Shown in pieces: positions 45,601 through 59,960 of a stretch of 64,000 bases of DNA (the first letter of the stretch is position 1; every line of letters starts with the position of its first letter). The notes under the pieces were generated by a model. It did not search any database, was not told the DNA's origin, and saw only the letters and a list, made by a program, of their open reading frames with translations. The position numbers were made by a program, and so were the translations under genes. Source of the stretch: Phoronis australis. Lineage: Eukaryota > Animalia > Phoronida. The stretch is from assembly GCA_002633005.1 (NCBI GenBank), contig NMRA01000131.1, positions 46,296 through 110,295 on the forward strand. The letters run 5' to 3'.

Positions 45601-48600
45601 GGTAAATTAAAGACTTATCTTCTGTTTTAGACATTTTCCCCAGATCCAGGTTTACAAAAGAAATGCAAGTAAGAACCAGTCATTTTGATTTTGTAAAGAA
45701 AACTATTAGTTGCTAAAATTTTGTGTAAAAGTCTATAATTGGAAATATATCAACAACGTGTGTAGGGTACATTGAAAATGTAGAGTAATTATTAACATTT
45801 TTCCATTTCACTTCATGAAACGTGAAATCTTTCCAATAAACTGAGATGAGCTGTCGGTACATCATTATGTGAAGTTCTACACAATCGTAAATTGTAAACA
45901 GTTTCACATCCTGAGCTGATTATATCATAAATATTAAATGACATTAGCGATCGATTATCTTACTCAACACATTTAATTCTTCAGATATTTTACACAGGGA
46001 GGATTTGACAGACTAAAAAGGACATTATCGGTTTCAAACACATTTTTGGAATTGTTGTTGGATGGGATCGACGGGTGACCAATGTGGAGAATTGAAGTAA
46101 CAACAAAAACTAGAGAGAAAAGTCCAGGTTAGCCAGAAAAATGAGTTTGGTCTTACCAGGCATTAAAACAGTATGGTGGAAGCTTGTTCGCACGCAATTC
46201 CCTCCCGTGATTTGCAGTATAAATACAGTAGTGGTGACGTCACAAAATTGGTTTTCAGAAACAAAAATGATCAGCTATGAGAAGCTTCTTTCAACTCAAA
46301 ACCAACTACAACCGATATCTTAAAACCGGCTTTAAAGCCGTGATGCACTAAAGAAGCACACGTTTGCCGATCCATAGAACTTACCGAAAAAAACTTAGGC
46401 TCAACTTGTTTCTTGCTCAGATGAGGAGGGGTTTCTAGGCTTGCAAAGAACTGACCTTTTTGAGACAATGCTCCACGCATGCAATGACATTAGAAACTCG
46501 GCCCGTTTCAAAACAACTTTTATTTTGTCAATAGATTTGTGCAAGAACCGATTTCGCCAAGAGGACTGTATACCAGGAAATCTAATCTAAGATCCTATTT
46601 TTAGGAGTAGAGTAATTACCGCATTAACGATGGCTTCAGGCAAGTAAAACACTGGCAAAAATAAATCGATATATCGAGGACTCAGATTTGTAGTTTTTAG
46701 AAGTGTTTGGCTTCTGAAATTAAATTACTAATAAAAATTCAGGCTGAGACCAATTTTACCGGAAGAAATGCGATAAGAAACACGCAAAAGAGATGGATTA
46801 GGTTTCGGTTCTCTGGAAACCGCTGACGAATGGTTTAAGAAATTGTCACTAACAGTGGTAGATAACTGGTCTGCCATTCCCGACGTCGGACAAAAGACCG
46901 CGGGGTCGTTTTTAAACGATCCCGAGGTCTTAAAAGAATGTGCTATTTTGGCATCTGGATTTAGTCTCGATTTAGAAACAGCTGTCGCCTGGAAATAGAA
47001 CAAAACAGAAGACTTTTTGTAAAAGATATAGCTCTTTCCAAGTCTTGATATCGCATCTAATTTGACTAAGTAATAAATTGAAACCAAGATCACCACCTTA
47101 TGGTAAATGATCCAAGTCAAAAAAACTCTTTTGTGATGGAAGGCCTTATAGCCATTCTTCAAGACACTGATAGCATTTTTTTACGTCACCCGTTACTCTA
47201 CAGACAAGCGACAGGGGAAAGATATTGAATAGCCTAATTACCTTGAGACCTTTTGCCACTGCCAGGGCTCCGTGCAGGCGAATTCTGTTCCAGCTAAGAT
47301 CGAGGACATCCAAATTGTCATTTGCACCAATCGCTGGACCTAAAACTTCACCTGAATATTCATTGAAATTATTTCTGGACAAATAAAGTTCTTTCAATGT
47401 TTTATTTTCCTCCATTACTTCGGCAAAGGACGCGGCATCGTTTTCGTGAAAGTCGTTGTCTGAAAGTGCAAAAATTGCCATTTTATAACATATTCTTTTG
47501 CTAACTATTGAGGACAGAGGTTTGTAGAAACATGTATGCTTCAAACGAAACCTGTAATATCACATGGACTAATTCCCATGAAAAACAAATTACAGTTGAC
47601 TCAGTGGATGAAAGATCTCTTTTGTCAAGTGTTCGGACAGAAAATTATTTCGAACTCACAAATTACGTGAATCATAGAAAACACGTTTACATAGCTCTCT
47701 GCAAACACGTGTAACATGAAATACGAACCGGACAGATTTATCACTTTGAGTGTTGTGTTGTTGTTAAGCATCCGCGTCATGTGGCGTGCTCCGCTCGACC
47801 CTAGTTTATTTCCAGCCATATTCTGAAAGACCACAGTAACTCAGGTGATTTTTGTTATTCCAGGAAAGTATGTTTTTAAAAACATACGTGTAACATTATT
47901 GTTTATCCCATACGCGTTGAATAAGTTGATTTTACTGCAATACGGCCATGTGGTATTGTTTTCCGTGTCGCACTTCCAGGACTACTTTAACATTGCCCTC
48001 TGACATAAAAAGTTCAAAAGGTACTAGGTCAATGTCGACTCGATGTCGTTAGTCATTTCGATCATCAAATTTTCGAAAAAAAAAAATTAAAGTAACAAAA
48101 TTGCAGCATGTCTCAAACATATCATCTGGTACAAAACTGATAATTATATGACGCTTCTGTGTCAGCTTTATTTGCTAAATCTTGTATCGTCTTCAACTCA
48201 GGCGCCGATTCCTCGGTAATTATTGTTCTTATTTAATTATTTTCAGGAAATGCACAATTACCGTTGTTTTCATCTTTGTTATCTCTTTTCAAGTAATAAA
48301 TGGTTACATTTAAAACTGCTTCTTTCACTAGACAAAACTTGTAACATAACGCGCAAGTACATACATATAGGAGGATATCCGCCAAGTGAACAGTCTGTGT
48401 GAAGTATTTAAACAATTTACCGAAAAATGAAAGAAACTTGAGAATTTGAAGAGTATGGGATAAATGCAAAACGTACATCGATTGGCGTATGAAGAAGTAA
48501 TATCCCACTCCGCATTATTCGGCGTATCGATACGCGAAATAATGTCTCGTAGGATATTACTTCATCTACGCCACTCTTGGTATGTTTTGTGTATACATTT

Positions 48601-51600
48601 GCCTTCAAAATAATAGTTAGCAAGCAAAAACAATGACATCTTCAAAAAGCTTTCTGGAGGGCATTTCAGTCACCTTAAACACGCAGTCACCAGATGGCGA
48701 GACAGTGGCCACGCCCAGAACTGCAAAACAACGTGTTATATAATAGAAGTCAGTCGAGTTGTTTTATAGTGATAACTCCCCATGGAGACGTTTTTGTTCT
48801 GGCCAGAGGCGGTGAAAGGCTGCGCTCTTGGTTGGTTACATCGGTTCCCACGCTCTGAAACCGGCTATGATATGTGATCGGTCTTAAACCAAATTGTAGT
48901 CATCGAGAACCAAATAGACATCGGATGTCTTCGCCTGTTCACCCGACGGAACTGGCGAAGTGAATGAAGTGTATAGCGAACGCAAATCAGTACACTGTAA
49001 CTATAGCTTCACTTAATTCACCGTCCTTCACCGGTTTAGCCGAGCCCTAGCTTTCTTAGTCCGCCAAACTCGTCTAAAACACAAAACCACACTCACGTAA
49101 GACTTCGCGACATATCGCCATGCATTACAATTTTTGCGCTTGAGGAACGCCGCGGCGACTCGGGTCATCTGAATCTGCCACATCTGACAGCGGGTTTGTG
49201 AACCAGTAGTCATCGTCGGAAACAAATAAAATGTTTTGGGCGGCTGTCTTGACTGACGCTGCATACACCCTTAAAGTTAATCAAGCGCAGCCAAAGGCTT
49301 TCTTGGAAACTACAGAAGACGCACGTTTTAAAGTGACATAGTCCGGCGGCTACAATAAAAACAAGTTCACTTTACCTGACACGTAAACCTAAAGTTCAGT
49401 CATGATGTCCAAAACACATCGCTTTTATTGAATTGTTGCATACTGAAACTGCACAGCTTAGCAGTTATAATGAACAGGTTGTCGGGTTTTCAAAGCAGAT
49501 TTTTTCATTGAGGAAAGAGCGTTTTGTAAGTATGTCATAGACCGGCCAAGACCACTCGAATTTTTTTAGACTAGAAGAGCTGATTTCAGTTGGTTGATTA
49601 GTCAAAGACTGGCAACTGATAAGCTCTTTTCAAAAACAAATTTAAATTTTTACGCTTAAAATCGTCACAAAAGCTAAGCATGAATATCCAAACCTTTCTT
49701 CAAGACGGAAGATCAATGAAAACACACCCGCTGTCTATTGTAGCACGGCATTTCTGAAGAGTGTTGAGCTCATCTCGCACGGCAATCCGTATCGCTCGAT
49801 TTCGTGCGCAAATGGTTACATATTGTACAGAGCGAATCCTCCAATGCTTCGGCTCTTCGCCTCTTTTTCTCACACCCTTAAGAGATTAACCCTTGTCTTT
49901 TTCACACCAGCTTTGATCAGCACGATGCAGCTGTCGATCATTTTCACGGCGCACAGTAGCAACGAAACAGCTGACGAGGTTGCCGTCTCAATTTCATTTA
50001 ATTTTGAATGGCAGCCTTTGAGTGTCGTCGACTTGTAATGCAATCACAAAACACAACCGATTTGATAGCTCTGACCAAAGCTTATAACTTCAACTCAATC
50101 CTACTCTGCGCCCCGCTGTTTTTGGTAATAAAATCGATTGTGTTCCTTTAAATTTCACCAGACACAAACCAGAAGCGGTTATGAAGCCGCCTTTCACCGA
50201 AAAATCTGTTTAGACCACTTACCGCTATGGAACTGTGTTTAAAGATTTTCCTTATTCAAATCGGAGATGGTTTCAAGGCTACGAAAGAACCGAAAAAAAT
50301 GCTATTGCTCGAGACCAGGCTCCATAATAATGATCTCTCGGCTCTCTGCAGAGCCAAAAATGGCTTCACATTTGAGTCAATATCAACTTAAAACTAATTT
50401 CATAGAAATATTTTATAGGGGTAAGTGGCTTCAAAGTCCACTTCTTGGACAGAACGAGGGTTTAGATGCACTTTAACTGTTTCGTCAACTCACCACTTTC
50501 AAAATATATTCATGCTCCTCCAGCATCTTGGCGATATATTTGCCTCCAGACACCTCCGTCCAGTTTCCTTCCAAGTCTAACTCGTCAACAGTGATAATGT
50601 CCTGGCACAAAACAAAGGAATAATACAGTAAATTCCCGCGTTACTATGTCATGATGACTTACAAAGCACGGTATTAGTTTGAAAACGTGGACAACGCTTC
50701 GTGTTTTTTGTCTTTTTCAACAAATAAAGGAGTATTAGATAAAGCCATTCATTCCTCAATTCAGTTTCAAATTCATGAAACAGGATTTCTTATCAACTGA
50801 AAATAATCACAGAGTTACTGCTCTCGTTAGGGGAGAGCCCTGTTTATCTAGGTAAAAACGAAAGTCGATTTATATTTTTTACTCACATCAACTCCCATAA
50901 TAATCCTTACCGTGAAAGGATTCTATTTCAGCTACCAACAAACATAAGGCAGCCGCTCAAGAAAACGCTTCAGAGCTTATTGGGATTGGCAACCCTAAGA
51001 TTGCGAATTCGAAAATGTTGCATGTGTGCATTGCCTGTAACTAATTGCGGGCACATTCGGCAAGAATTCAAGATCGGGTGAGCGCCGGTGGTAATGTTTT
51101 TAAACCTCAAAGCGCTTCAACAGTGACATCTAAACAGTGGCCAAATTCAGATTTAATTGGAAAAGTCAATGATTAAAGAACGTCAAAAAGACAACGTTTT
51201 CTGACACGTAAGTCTGAACTTGATAGGTTTTCTAGTTTTCACCATATTTTTACTCAAAATGATCGTCAGCTGCCAGCGATAACTATCGGTTTGCAAAATA
51301 CACAGGAGAGACACCAACCCTACTTGGGGTAGTGTTGATGGACAAACTATAAATGGCCACGAGCTGCATTGACAAATTCAACAGATTCAAGCATCATGTC
51401 ACAGTGTGGTTTCTAGGGCTACACCCCTTGAATCAGGCCCTCTGGTGTATGCATGCACACTCTGATCCGTCGATTCACATACTTTCAAAGTTCTTGCAAT
51501 TGCTTTAGCTGCCCGTGGTCCTACTCCATGGTTGCGCATAACAATAACCTTATCACCCAAGTGGCGGGATAAATAAGATATTGGCACTACGCCAAGGTTT

Positions 51601-54600
51601 TCACACAGTATTTCGTATCTTGACTGGTGTGTCATGTCTTTCGTAACGACGTCATCTGCAAATGAAATTTAAACTTTATGCATCTGTCCAACAGATGAAA
51701 TGAAAAAAAAACAAAACATGCCCAGTGTTGGCGTCTGTAACGTAAGTATCCCACTACCAGCTTTTCAATGTCAACACTTTTAAAAGCAGATCTTCAAGAG
51801 AGGCTAGCCTGGCTAGGCTTACCTTTCATAAAACTTAAAGGTATTGTCTTCAATCATCAGGCGTAAAGAGATGCCAAGAAATAAAGGGGAAAACCACATG
51901 AAGTTTTTGTTCGTTCCATTAAAAGTGTACCTTCGATTTCGAGGTCAGTATCCCAGTCCTCGTCATCTGACTGACACTCTTCACGTGTTCCCACTGTTAC
52001 TTGCAAAATGTCGTCTGGTTGTTCTTCTAAGCCAGTTGCTTCGTTGAAGTCAAGTGTCGTGTCTTCTCTAAACTCCGTAATCAAGACATCTGTACTGGTT
52101 GAACGTTCAACTACATCTGATTGTTTGATTTCTATGTCGGCGCCAGTTGTGTCGGCGCCATTTTGAACCTCGTCAATGTTCTCTATAACTGGTGGTTTGG
52201 GTGTCGTTGGCGCCGGTGTTCTGGTCAACATGGCTCGTCGGGGCTGTGACGGAAACTTACTCCTTGTGACAGGGCGTGATTCAGGTTCTTCGAGGCCTTC
52301 TTCAATGGTCTCCATAAATGGTACCGGAAGTCTGACTTCGCCCTCTCCTTGGACGGAAGTAACCTACATAAAAACAATGAGATGTATTTCTAAATACCTT
52401 CATACGTTTTTTAAACTATTCATTGAAATAAGTAGTGTATTATGACTTACAAGAAATCAAACCACCCTATTAAAACACTTGAGATCAATAGTAATTTAAT
52501 TTTAAAGTTGTTAGATAGAAGTAATATCTTCTCATAATTTTTTGTAAACGTTAAACTGGGTTAGACCTCTACCCTTCAAATCATTAGTTAACTTTAGACT
52601 GTTATTTTTAAAAGAATTGTTACTTCTATGAGTTTCAGTAGAGAATACAGCGTGTATATTCTTTTCGGTTTTATCTCAAACTCCATTATTTCGACTCATG
52701 CGCAGTCATTCCCAGGTTACGCATTTCCAGGTTCGGGTTTAAATTTAGGATATTACTGATCATGAAAAGATGAAAAACGCTGATGGAATAGTTTTCATTT
52801 TAAAGATATTTTTCATTTATTTTTACCTGTTTACAATACAGAAAGAAGTTGTTAAATGGAGACGTAACTAAAATAAGAACATCTAGTAAATTGCAGCCCC
52901 CCACTATTTCCGTTTCATACTGGTACTTCATAAAAACTGAAGTTCAATGCCGTTCAACTACGGCGGCTGAAATTCAGAGATTATTTTGAAAATCCCATGT
53001 TCAGTCTTGGTTACTTTGAAAACTTTTGAGTGCGCGTTGAAAGAGCGTAAATTGTTTCTATGTTCAAACTAGATTGATCAGCGGTCAATTTCTGTTATAT
53101 GAAGAGTTCAACTAAAAAGAAACAAAAATTGTCTCTTTGAGTATACAAAACGTGGTGAGCAAGAAACAGTCAACTATTCATGGTAAAACACGACTTAGAA
53201 AGCATGTAAACCGATGGACCAATTGGTGAGTATTGAATCATTATTTGCTGCGCGCCAACCAAACTAATAATGAAAGATTCCAAACATTTCTGCAATTTCT
53301 TAAACACAGGCCAAAATCTATCAAAGAAACACAACGTGGGTGCTGCGAAGTGACAACAAAGACAACAAATTTGACTGAAAGCAAAGTCCACAGATAAATG
53401 ATTTACGAAAATTTCGTATAAACGAACTCAATGCTCATGCTAGAAAGCAGTCTTACCGGGTTCACCTGCCATGGCACTATGTATGCGTTACCTGTGTCAC
53501 CAACGTTTATTTAACTCACCTGGTTGTGCAGTTGTGATCAGGTGTTATGTTTACCTTTTTATTTCATTGTTACACAGGTAAAGCATACGAGTCTTCAAAG
53601 GCATACAAGAATCATGACAAGCAGTTAGTAATCAATGCCTTTGTAAATGATTTATAACACGAGATTAGAACAGACATCACTCTCCTTTTCAGCTCCCTGA
53701 CAGGTGGAGTATTGATAATGCCAAAGTGGACGATAAGCCTTACGTTAAATAGCAGAATACAAACTCCTTGAGAATGACAGTGTTATGGGTTGTCATGGTT
53801 ATAATTTTCGAAATTGACTATTTCTTTACATAAGCCCGTCTTAGGGTAAATGTAAACCGAAGACGTAATACAATTTTTTAGTCAACACAACACAACATGA
53901 GAAATTAAGTCAGACAAAAGTGCTGCCTTAACATCTGGACGTGAGCTTTAGGGGGCCAACATACAAGTATGTGCTTCGTACATGTAGGGATAAGTTACGT
54001 AAGGAAAATCCCTTTACAAGAGCAATCGGGCGCTATAAATATGTTGAAATTTACGAAAATGTCTCAATTACAAATTTAAATCCAACACTGAACACTGCAT
54101 TACGATAATGTTGGACACCTAGAAAATGTCCAAATTTGGTTAACTTCGGAACATCATATCCGGTCTCAGAATGACTGAACGGATTCAAATAAGACTTTCA
54201 AATTCTATGCTTTACGTACAGTTCTCCAAAAAACGTTGTTAAATATTGTTACTACTTTTAGGAAGTTTATCAATAAAATCAGAAGTTGCACAAAACGGAA
54301 AAGAAATGATAATTTAGCAAGCTGTAACATTTGTTGAAATTTCATCATAAACATTAATATCAGACGAAACTTGTCGTGCTATTGAGACCGTTAGTTTGCT
54401 ATGAATGTTCCCTTCTTTTACTCTAAATTTCACTAAATAGGGGTCATCACGACGGTGATCTCATCAGTGGTAAATTGGTATGTATGTATTTATGTATTAT
54501 TATGACAAGTACTATTAATTCAAACAGTAATAGATATAGCATTCGTAAGAAAGATAAGTACCCAGCCCAGTTGGGCTTATTAGTCACTTTAACCACACCA

Positions 54601-57600
54601 CTCAGATGTACCATACGTGTGACGGTTCTAAGTCCAATAGCAGACATGATGTATCTGACGAATTGCCAATGGAAACACTGAAACAGCAGTTTTAATGTTA
54701 CAGTATCTAGTCTTCTGAAATCTGCAAAGTTCGGGACTTGAAGTGAAACTTTATGAAATAGAATAGACCTCTGTGAGTTACAGAAAGAATCAAACACAAA
54801 GTGTAGCTCATTCTCCACAGAATCAGTGTCACAACACAAGCACAGTTTTTCGCTTACAGAAGTGTTTACATACAACGACCAGTTTCCAAGTGCAACATGG
54901 GAGATTTCCTGCTCGAAACTAGGCCAAAAGAGATTTCTTGGAACGACATAAATTAAGCTTCACATACGGTTCGATTAAAAACTCGTGCTTAAATAAAATT
55001 CATGTTCTTAATTTAGGTTTTGTTACAACAGACTCAGCCCAAAATGTTTCGAGTATTCAAATAGTTTGTTACTAGAATCTACTATGCTACAAGTAGTCAA
55101 ATTTTGAAAATAGGATTGCACGCCAATTATCGTTTTACTTTTGATTCCGTCCATCCAACCATTTCTACCAACAGAGTACTCCCCATAGAAATAACCTTTT
55201 CAATAACCTGTCACCAATTGTGCTCACTAATTTGTCCAAAGACGCAACACATTCAATTTAAATCTGCTTCCGATCGAGTCTCACTCAATGTCACCACCAA
55301 CAGCAAGTGGTTGCAAATCGGTTGACCCCAGATAAAAACGCTTAGCTCTGTTTTGAATATTTTCATTATTAACAAAATTTTTGAACTAACCCCAAACGGG
55401 GAACACCATTTTCAGCAGTGAACCAGACACTGACTAAAGAGAGTGCCAATTAATCGGATACAGTTAAATGGATTTCTGTAAACCATACGAATTGGAGTAA
55501 TTTATAAAATTGAAGTTCACGGTTTGCGCAGTCAATAAGCTTTTTCATGTCCATAAATGTCACAAATGTAGAAAGGTTAGAGGCCCTTTCTGTTTCAATA
55601 ATTGATGACAGGATATATAAATAATCAATACAGGACGTTGGCTTCGAAAACCATTTTACTCGTCAACTAAAATATTGTTTTGTTCATAGAAACCCATAAC
55701 CCTATTATTCAACACAGTACTGAAAAGTTTATAACATTTGAGAGAAGACTAATCCCACGGCACTGAGTTCAAAGGTATTCTAGGGTCGTCTGTAGAATTC
55801 TTAGGTATAGGAGACTAATCCCACAGCATTTCAAAAGTATTGTAAGGTCGTCTGTAAAATTCTTAGGTATCGGGATTATAAGTGTCGTATACCAATAAGG
55901 AGGCATTAATCCATGTGTAAAAGATTCGTTAACCAATTGGGTTAGAAAAACAACAATAGTTTCGAATCTAACACCTCATAAGGTATACGGTCATAACCGA
56001 CAGCTTTGATATGCTTCGTTTTCATAACATCTCTAACCCCTTCAATAGAGATTTTACAATTAAAGCCATGATCAATCAGCATATCAGAACAATCGTTTTC
56101 TAATTACTTACACAAATTCAAGGTTTCCAAATAAAATTCACCATCAAATACTTTTATTGATAGTTTTGTTGATATTTTGCTGAGCGAATAGACTTATCGA
56201 TAAGGTCCTGCCTAACGTTACGTACCGAGAATAAGGACAATAGTTCTGAAATCTAGAGCAAAGATTTACAGCGAATACCAAGATCCAGCTACTTTATATC
56301 AGTGATAACGCGTTGGGGGAATCATGAGCTTGGTCACTCGAAGGACTGCTATTTGTTTGTTGGTCTCGGTATTACACTGCTAGTTTCACAAGCTCGCTAA
56401 TCCTGACAGAATACTCCGTCTACTCTCGTTCAGCGATGCTTCTATACAGGGCAACAAAGCTTTTGGCTTTTACACATTTTGTAGGCAAAAATAATTGACC
56501 CACATAAAGCAACATCTGATAATGAAAACCATTCAAGCAGAAAAACCAATAAATATTCTAGCATGTCTTGTTCAACTGATAAAAGGTTTCACTATACAAA
56601 CAACTATTTGCCACTTGACAAACATTGCTCCATATGTTTCTCAAGTCGACATGATCTTTTGCAGAGATGAACACCTGAGTTTTCCGGTAGATTTCTATAG
56701 TTTTCGTACAGTTGTATGACTGACGCAGAAAGTCGCATAATTGATTGCTTTGTGAATAATGGATAGATAGACTTCTATGACAGTGTCATGTAGCCCATGA
56801 GTACATGAAACAGTCACAATAGGTACTCAACTAAGTTCCCTAAATTTTCAGCTTATTTACGGACTTAGTGCAAACACTGATTGTCCATTCGTCTGCTGTT
56901 GTATCTCCATTGCTACGTCTAGTTTTATATTTGATACAAAGTGAGACTAAACTCTACATTGAACTAGCAATATTATTTACCATAATCACGGACATTTTCA
57001 TGCAACGGGAATTGGTAGACTTTCAAAGGGGTTGCTGCATTACCAAACCCTCCACAAAACTTCATTTTCGTTTATAAGGACATGGTCTTGTTCGGCATTT
57101 CACGGCACAACGCAGCAAAGCATACAAAAAATTGTGTGAATTTTAAAAAATTCAAGATAGTCGACGGAGTCCTATGGTATATATAAAAATGTCATGGTTA
57201 AGGCAGTATCTGACTGTAGGAGAAAATTAATTACAAGTACCCCGTTTACAAGCTGGCTAAAATACTAGCGTTTTCGCTAGCACTTTAGCTAATAGCAAAT
57301 TAAGAACGAAAGTCAGATGAACATGAGTTACAAATGTTACTTTTGTGGGCACTTTGTTGGCGGTCTGAGGATACCACAAAACTCAATGTTTTCGATTAGC
57401 TCTTTTGTAGCCTGAATGCTTATTTCAATGAACACAAACATGCTCAGTTGAGAATGCGAGGTCACTTCTCACCTGCGTTAGGGATAAATAAGTTGAGACC
57501 AACGTTTCTGATAACGGTAAATGCTCTAAATTAAACAGATTGGACGAAACGCGGGTTTTTAAGCCGCTTTTGTGATGTAGGGCCTAGGGCCTTCAAATCT

Positions 57601-58295
57601 GTGCATTTAGATGGCCAAACTTCAGAAAACTGTAGAAATTTATAGTCCTGTTAAAGTGTAATTATCTTTTATCAAATCAAGAAGCCTGTAGATTTCGATA
57701 ATTAACTTTATACGAATCTGTCATTAATTAAGTCACATGGATATATCATTGCAGTAACATTTAACAACAAAAAAAGTAAATTCACTAACATGACCAAATT
57801 TTATTTCATGTAAGTATCCAAGATGTAATCACAAAAACGATGTTGAAGCTTTCTTCCATTTCGTTTTCGTCTGACAATTTTTTTCATAAATACCGTAACA
57901 GCACTATTTTATAACCCCTTGTGCAATGGTGTGACATTTTAAAACATCGTATTGAAGAACAGCGCATAGGGCCGTATAGCATTTGAAAGTCTCATACGAA
58001 TTCAATCATCCATTTTTGAGATAGTTCCGAAGTTAACTAAATTTGGGCGTTTTAACCTTTCATAGCGACGGCACAGACACCTACGATACAGTACATGACA
58101 CAGTACACACAACGCGGTAATCATTTCAGCAAAGTTTTTTTCTTAATGTTTCTCCTCGGTCGACTGCACGTCTAAAACTGACGCTTTGGTAAGACAAGCT
58201 TTCACAAAGCAAGTGCATACAAGTTTACAGCTATAATACCGGCATCCTACCTTTCCTAGGTCGATAGACCTCTTCAGATCTCCTGTCTTGTCCAT
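42615..58295 (-). CDS. LRRC74: LRRC74-like leucine-rich-repeat protein with C-terminal EF-hand-like region (~592 aa)
   Basis: Phase-consistent GT-AG exons 58295-58251 (inferred), 52363-51931, 51655-51483, 50601-50494, 47822-47729, 47459-47242, 45263-45069, 44670-44575, 44299-44027, 43477-43392 and 42672-42615 (inferred). Motifs: WDTDLE, Y...C..LGVVP.SY, HGVGPRAAKAIA..L, RI-type LRRs (LDLSWNRIR, NLSWNGFG, MGNNPI), and YDADGTFSVTPQDF. First and last exons are less certain. Confidence 0.85.
53789..53802. promoter_or_regulatory. RFX X-box-like motif upstream of a candidate alternative LRRC74 first exon
   Basis: GTTGTCATGGTTAT versus consensus GTTGCCATGGCAAC, ~320 bp upstream of the minus-strand ATG at 53472. 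Confidence 0.35.
54479..56170 (-). mobile_element. Decayed CR1/L2-group LINE (RT plus C-terminal Zn-finger-like tail)
   Basis: Broken frames KAVGYDRIPYEVL, FTHGLMPPYWYTTLIIPIPK...GISLL, KPKLRT, LHLETGR and LCLCCDTDSVENELHFVF; (TACA)n-like tail at ~54479-54500; internal ~64-bp tandem duplication at 55746-55870. Confidence 0.85.
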
Positions 58296-59060
58296 GATCA
58301 ATTCGCGAGAAGCCGACTAAACTATGTTCGCGTGGAGGTCTTCGTCATATAACTACTTTAAAAATAACATGTCAATTTTCGGATACGGCGATAACTCAAT
58401 GATAGAACGCGATAAAATTTAACGTCGCCAGAGAGACCCGCAAGCGAGATTGAAGCTCAGCTATTGACCTGGTAATGAGTAGTTTGGCTTGTGAGATTTC
58501 CGTAGTGGGCGGCGTTCAACTGAGACCGGAGATAATGCCACAATGAGTTTGCCGGAGGACATTTTAAACAAATCGAAGTGAACTGAAATATCACACAAGA
58601 AGACGCCCACTCGTTATTCTTACATACATCTGCTGTAGTTCTGTCGATCTGAACGAACCTGTTTGTTGTACAAATCAGAAATTTAGGACTAGCTGGACTC
58701 AAAACGCCGAAAGGCCTCTCGGCCGGTGGGGTGTGACTATGAGGGAACAGATAGACAAACAGAATTAAGTGAGTTTGCACGTTGATTCTTCACAAATTTA
58801 AGTCATTATTACACGTTCTGGTGTGAAAAACGTTCCAGGCGTATTTGTCCCCAACTTAGGACCTCTCCATTCTGATGACGCCGGCCGGGTATCACACACT
58901 TACACAGCCCTTAAGCTCTTAACACACAAACTTGTTTTCAATTAAGATTTCAAATGTGCCCCTTCAATCATGTTATCGTTCTTCGTGAATATAATCCTGT
59001 TCCTCATCTTCAGCTCTCCCTATGCAAACAATCTGGTCAAAGTAGACCAACAGTACTCTG

Positions 59061-59096
59061 TTTATAGCCACGTTCAGTTAGTGACGTCAGTCAACA
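59061..59096 (-). promoter_or_regulatory. Candidate distal LRRC74 promoter (CRE plus TATA)
   Basis: TGACGTCA at 59082-59089 and minus-strand TATAAA at 59066-59061, followed by donor GTAAGT (58903) and a pyrimidine-rich acceptor (58737) leading to ATCATGG at 58295. Confidence 0.5.
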
Positions 59097-59318
59097 AGCC
59101 GGGTAATGTGTAACGCTCACAAACAAGGTGCGCCGAGGACCACCTACTGGCCGATTTTCGCACCACCTTGGTCTAATCGAGTGGCAGTGCAACAGAACCA
59201 TTTATTTTTACACTTAACTCCAACTCATGTTATTATTTTTCAATTAATAATAACAGTCACCCGTCGGAGGATCTGTAGCTTTGCGCAAACATTTCTCAAT
59301 CATAACTGAGGCATAAAT

Positions 59319-59960
59319 CAGTGGCGGATCTAGGATATCACAAGGGGGGCCCAACATTTCGTCTGTAAACATTTGCTCAAAGCACGATTGTAGATGCGCA
59401 TAGCACTGAATGGGGGGAGGTCGGGAGTGGGGTTTGCCCGGGAAATTTTTCTGTTTTTCCTCTAAAAATCAAGCATTTTCCTTGATTCCCGAAGTATTAT
59501 CCAAGAAAAAAGGCCAAAAAATAAAGGAGACAGTGTCAAACAGGCAAACCTGCAAGTATCACAGACTCGAACTCACGACTTGGTGAATAGAGCGCGCGTG
59601 CTCTACCACTACACCAACACGAATTAACTCCTAAGATGTTACAAAGAGACCTACTTGTTTATGGTCCACAGCGTTTGCGCGCGAAACCTTCTTTTTGTAA
59701 TGCTTATTACATTATATTTTGTGCAATCAGTTCGTAACAAGTTTGATGTATTTAAAATAGTCTTCAATTGCCTAAAAGACCAAATCCATTTTTTGTGTTG
59801 GCAAAAATGACGCGATTGCTTTGGAAATCGTCTTAAGTTAAGGTTTGACAAAGAGAGAATTATGAGTTTCTGAGTGATTCACTAAGGCTTCGATTAAAAT
59901 TGACATCTTACCAGGAACTTCTGTTTTTTCATCATCACTCAGATTCCATTTTCTTAAAAA
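59319..59960 (-). mobile_element. Truncated inverted copy of the 25331-26304 element
   Basis: Reverse complement of ~25673-26304, including the CAGTGGCGGATCTAGGATATCACAAGGGGG end and the tRNA-like module at ~59560-59617. Confidence 0.85.

Noticed and set aside
46728-47162. 144-aa minus-strand ORF as an extra LRRC74 exon
   Set aside because: The flanking exons already join in phase with continuous LRR periodicity, and this ORF has no LRR pattern.
55746-55870. Standalone 64-bp direct repeat or small LTR pair
   Set aside because: It is a tandem duplication within the LINE RT region (IPK..DDP..GISLL).
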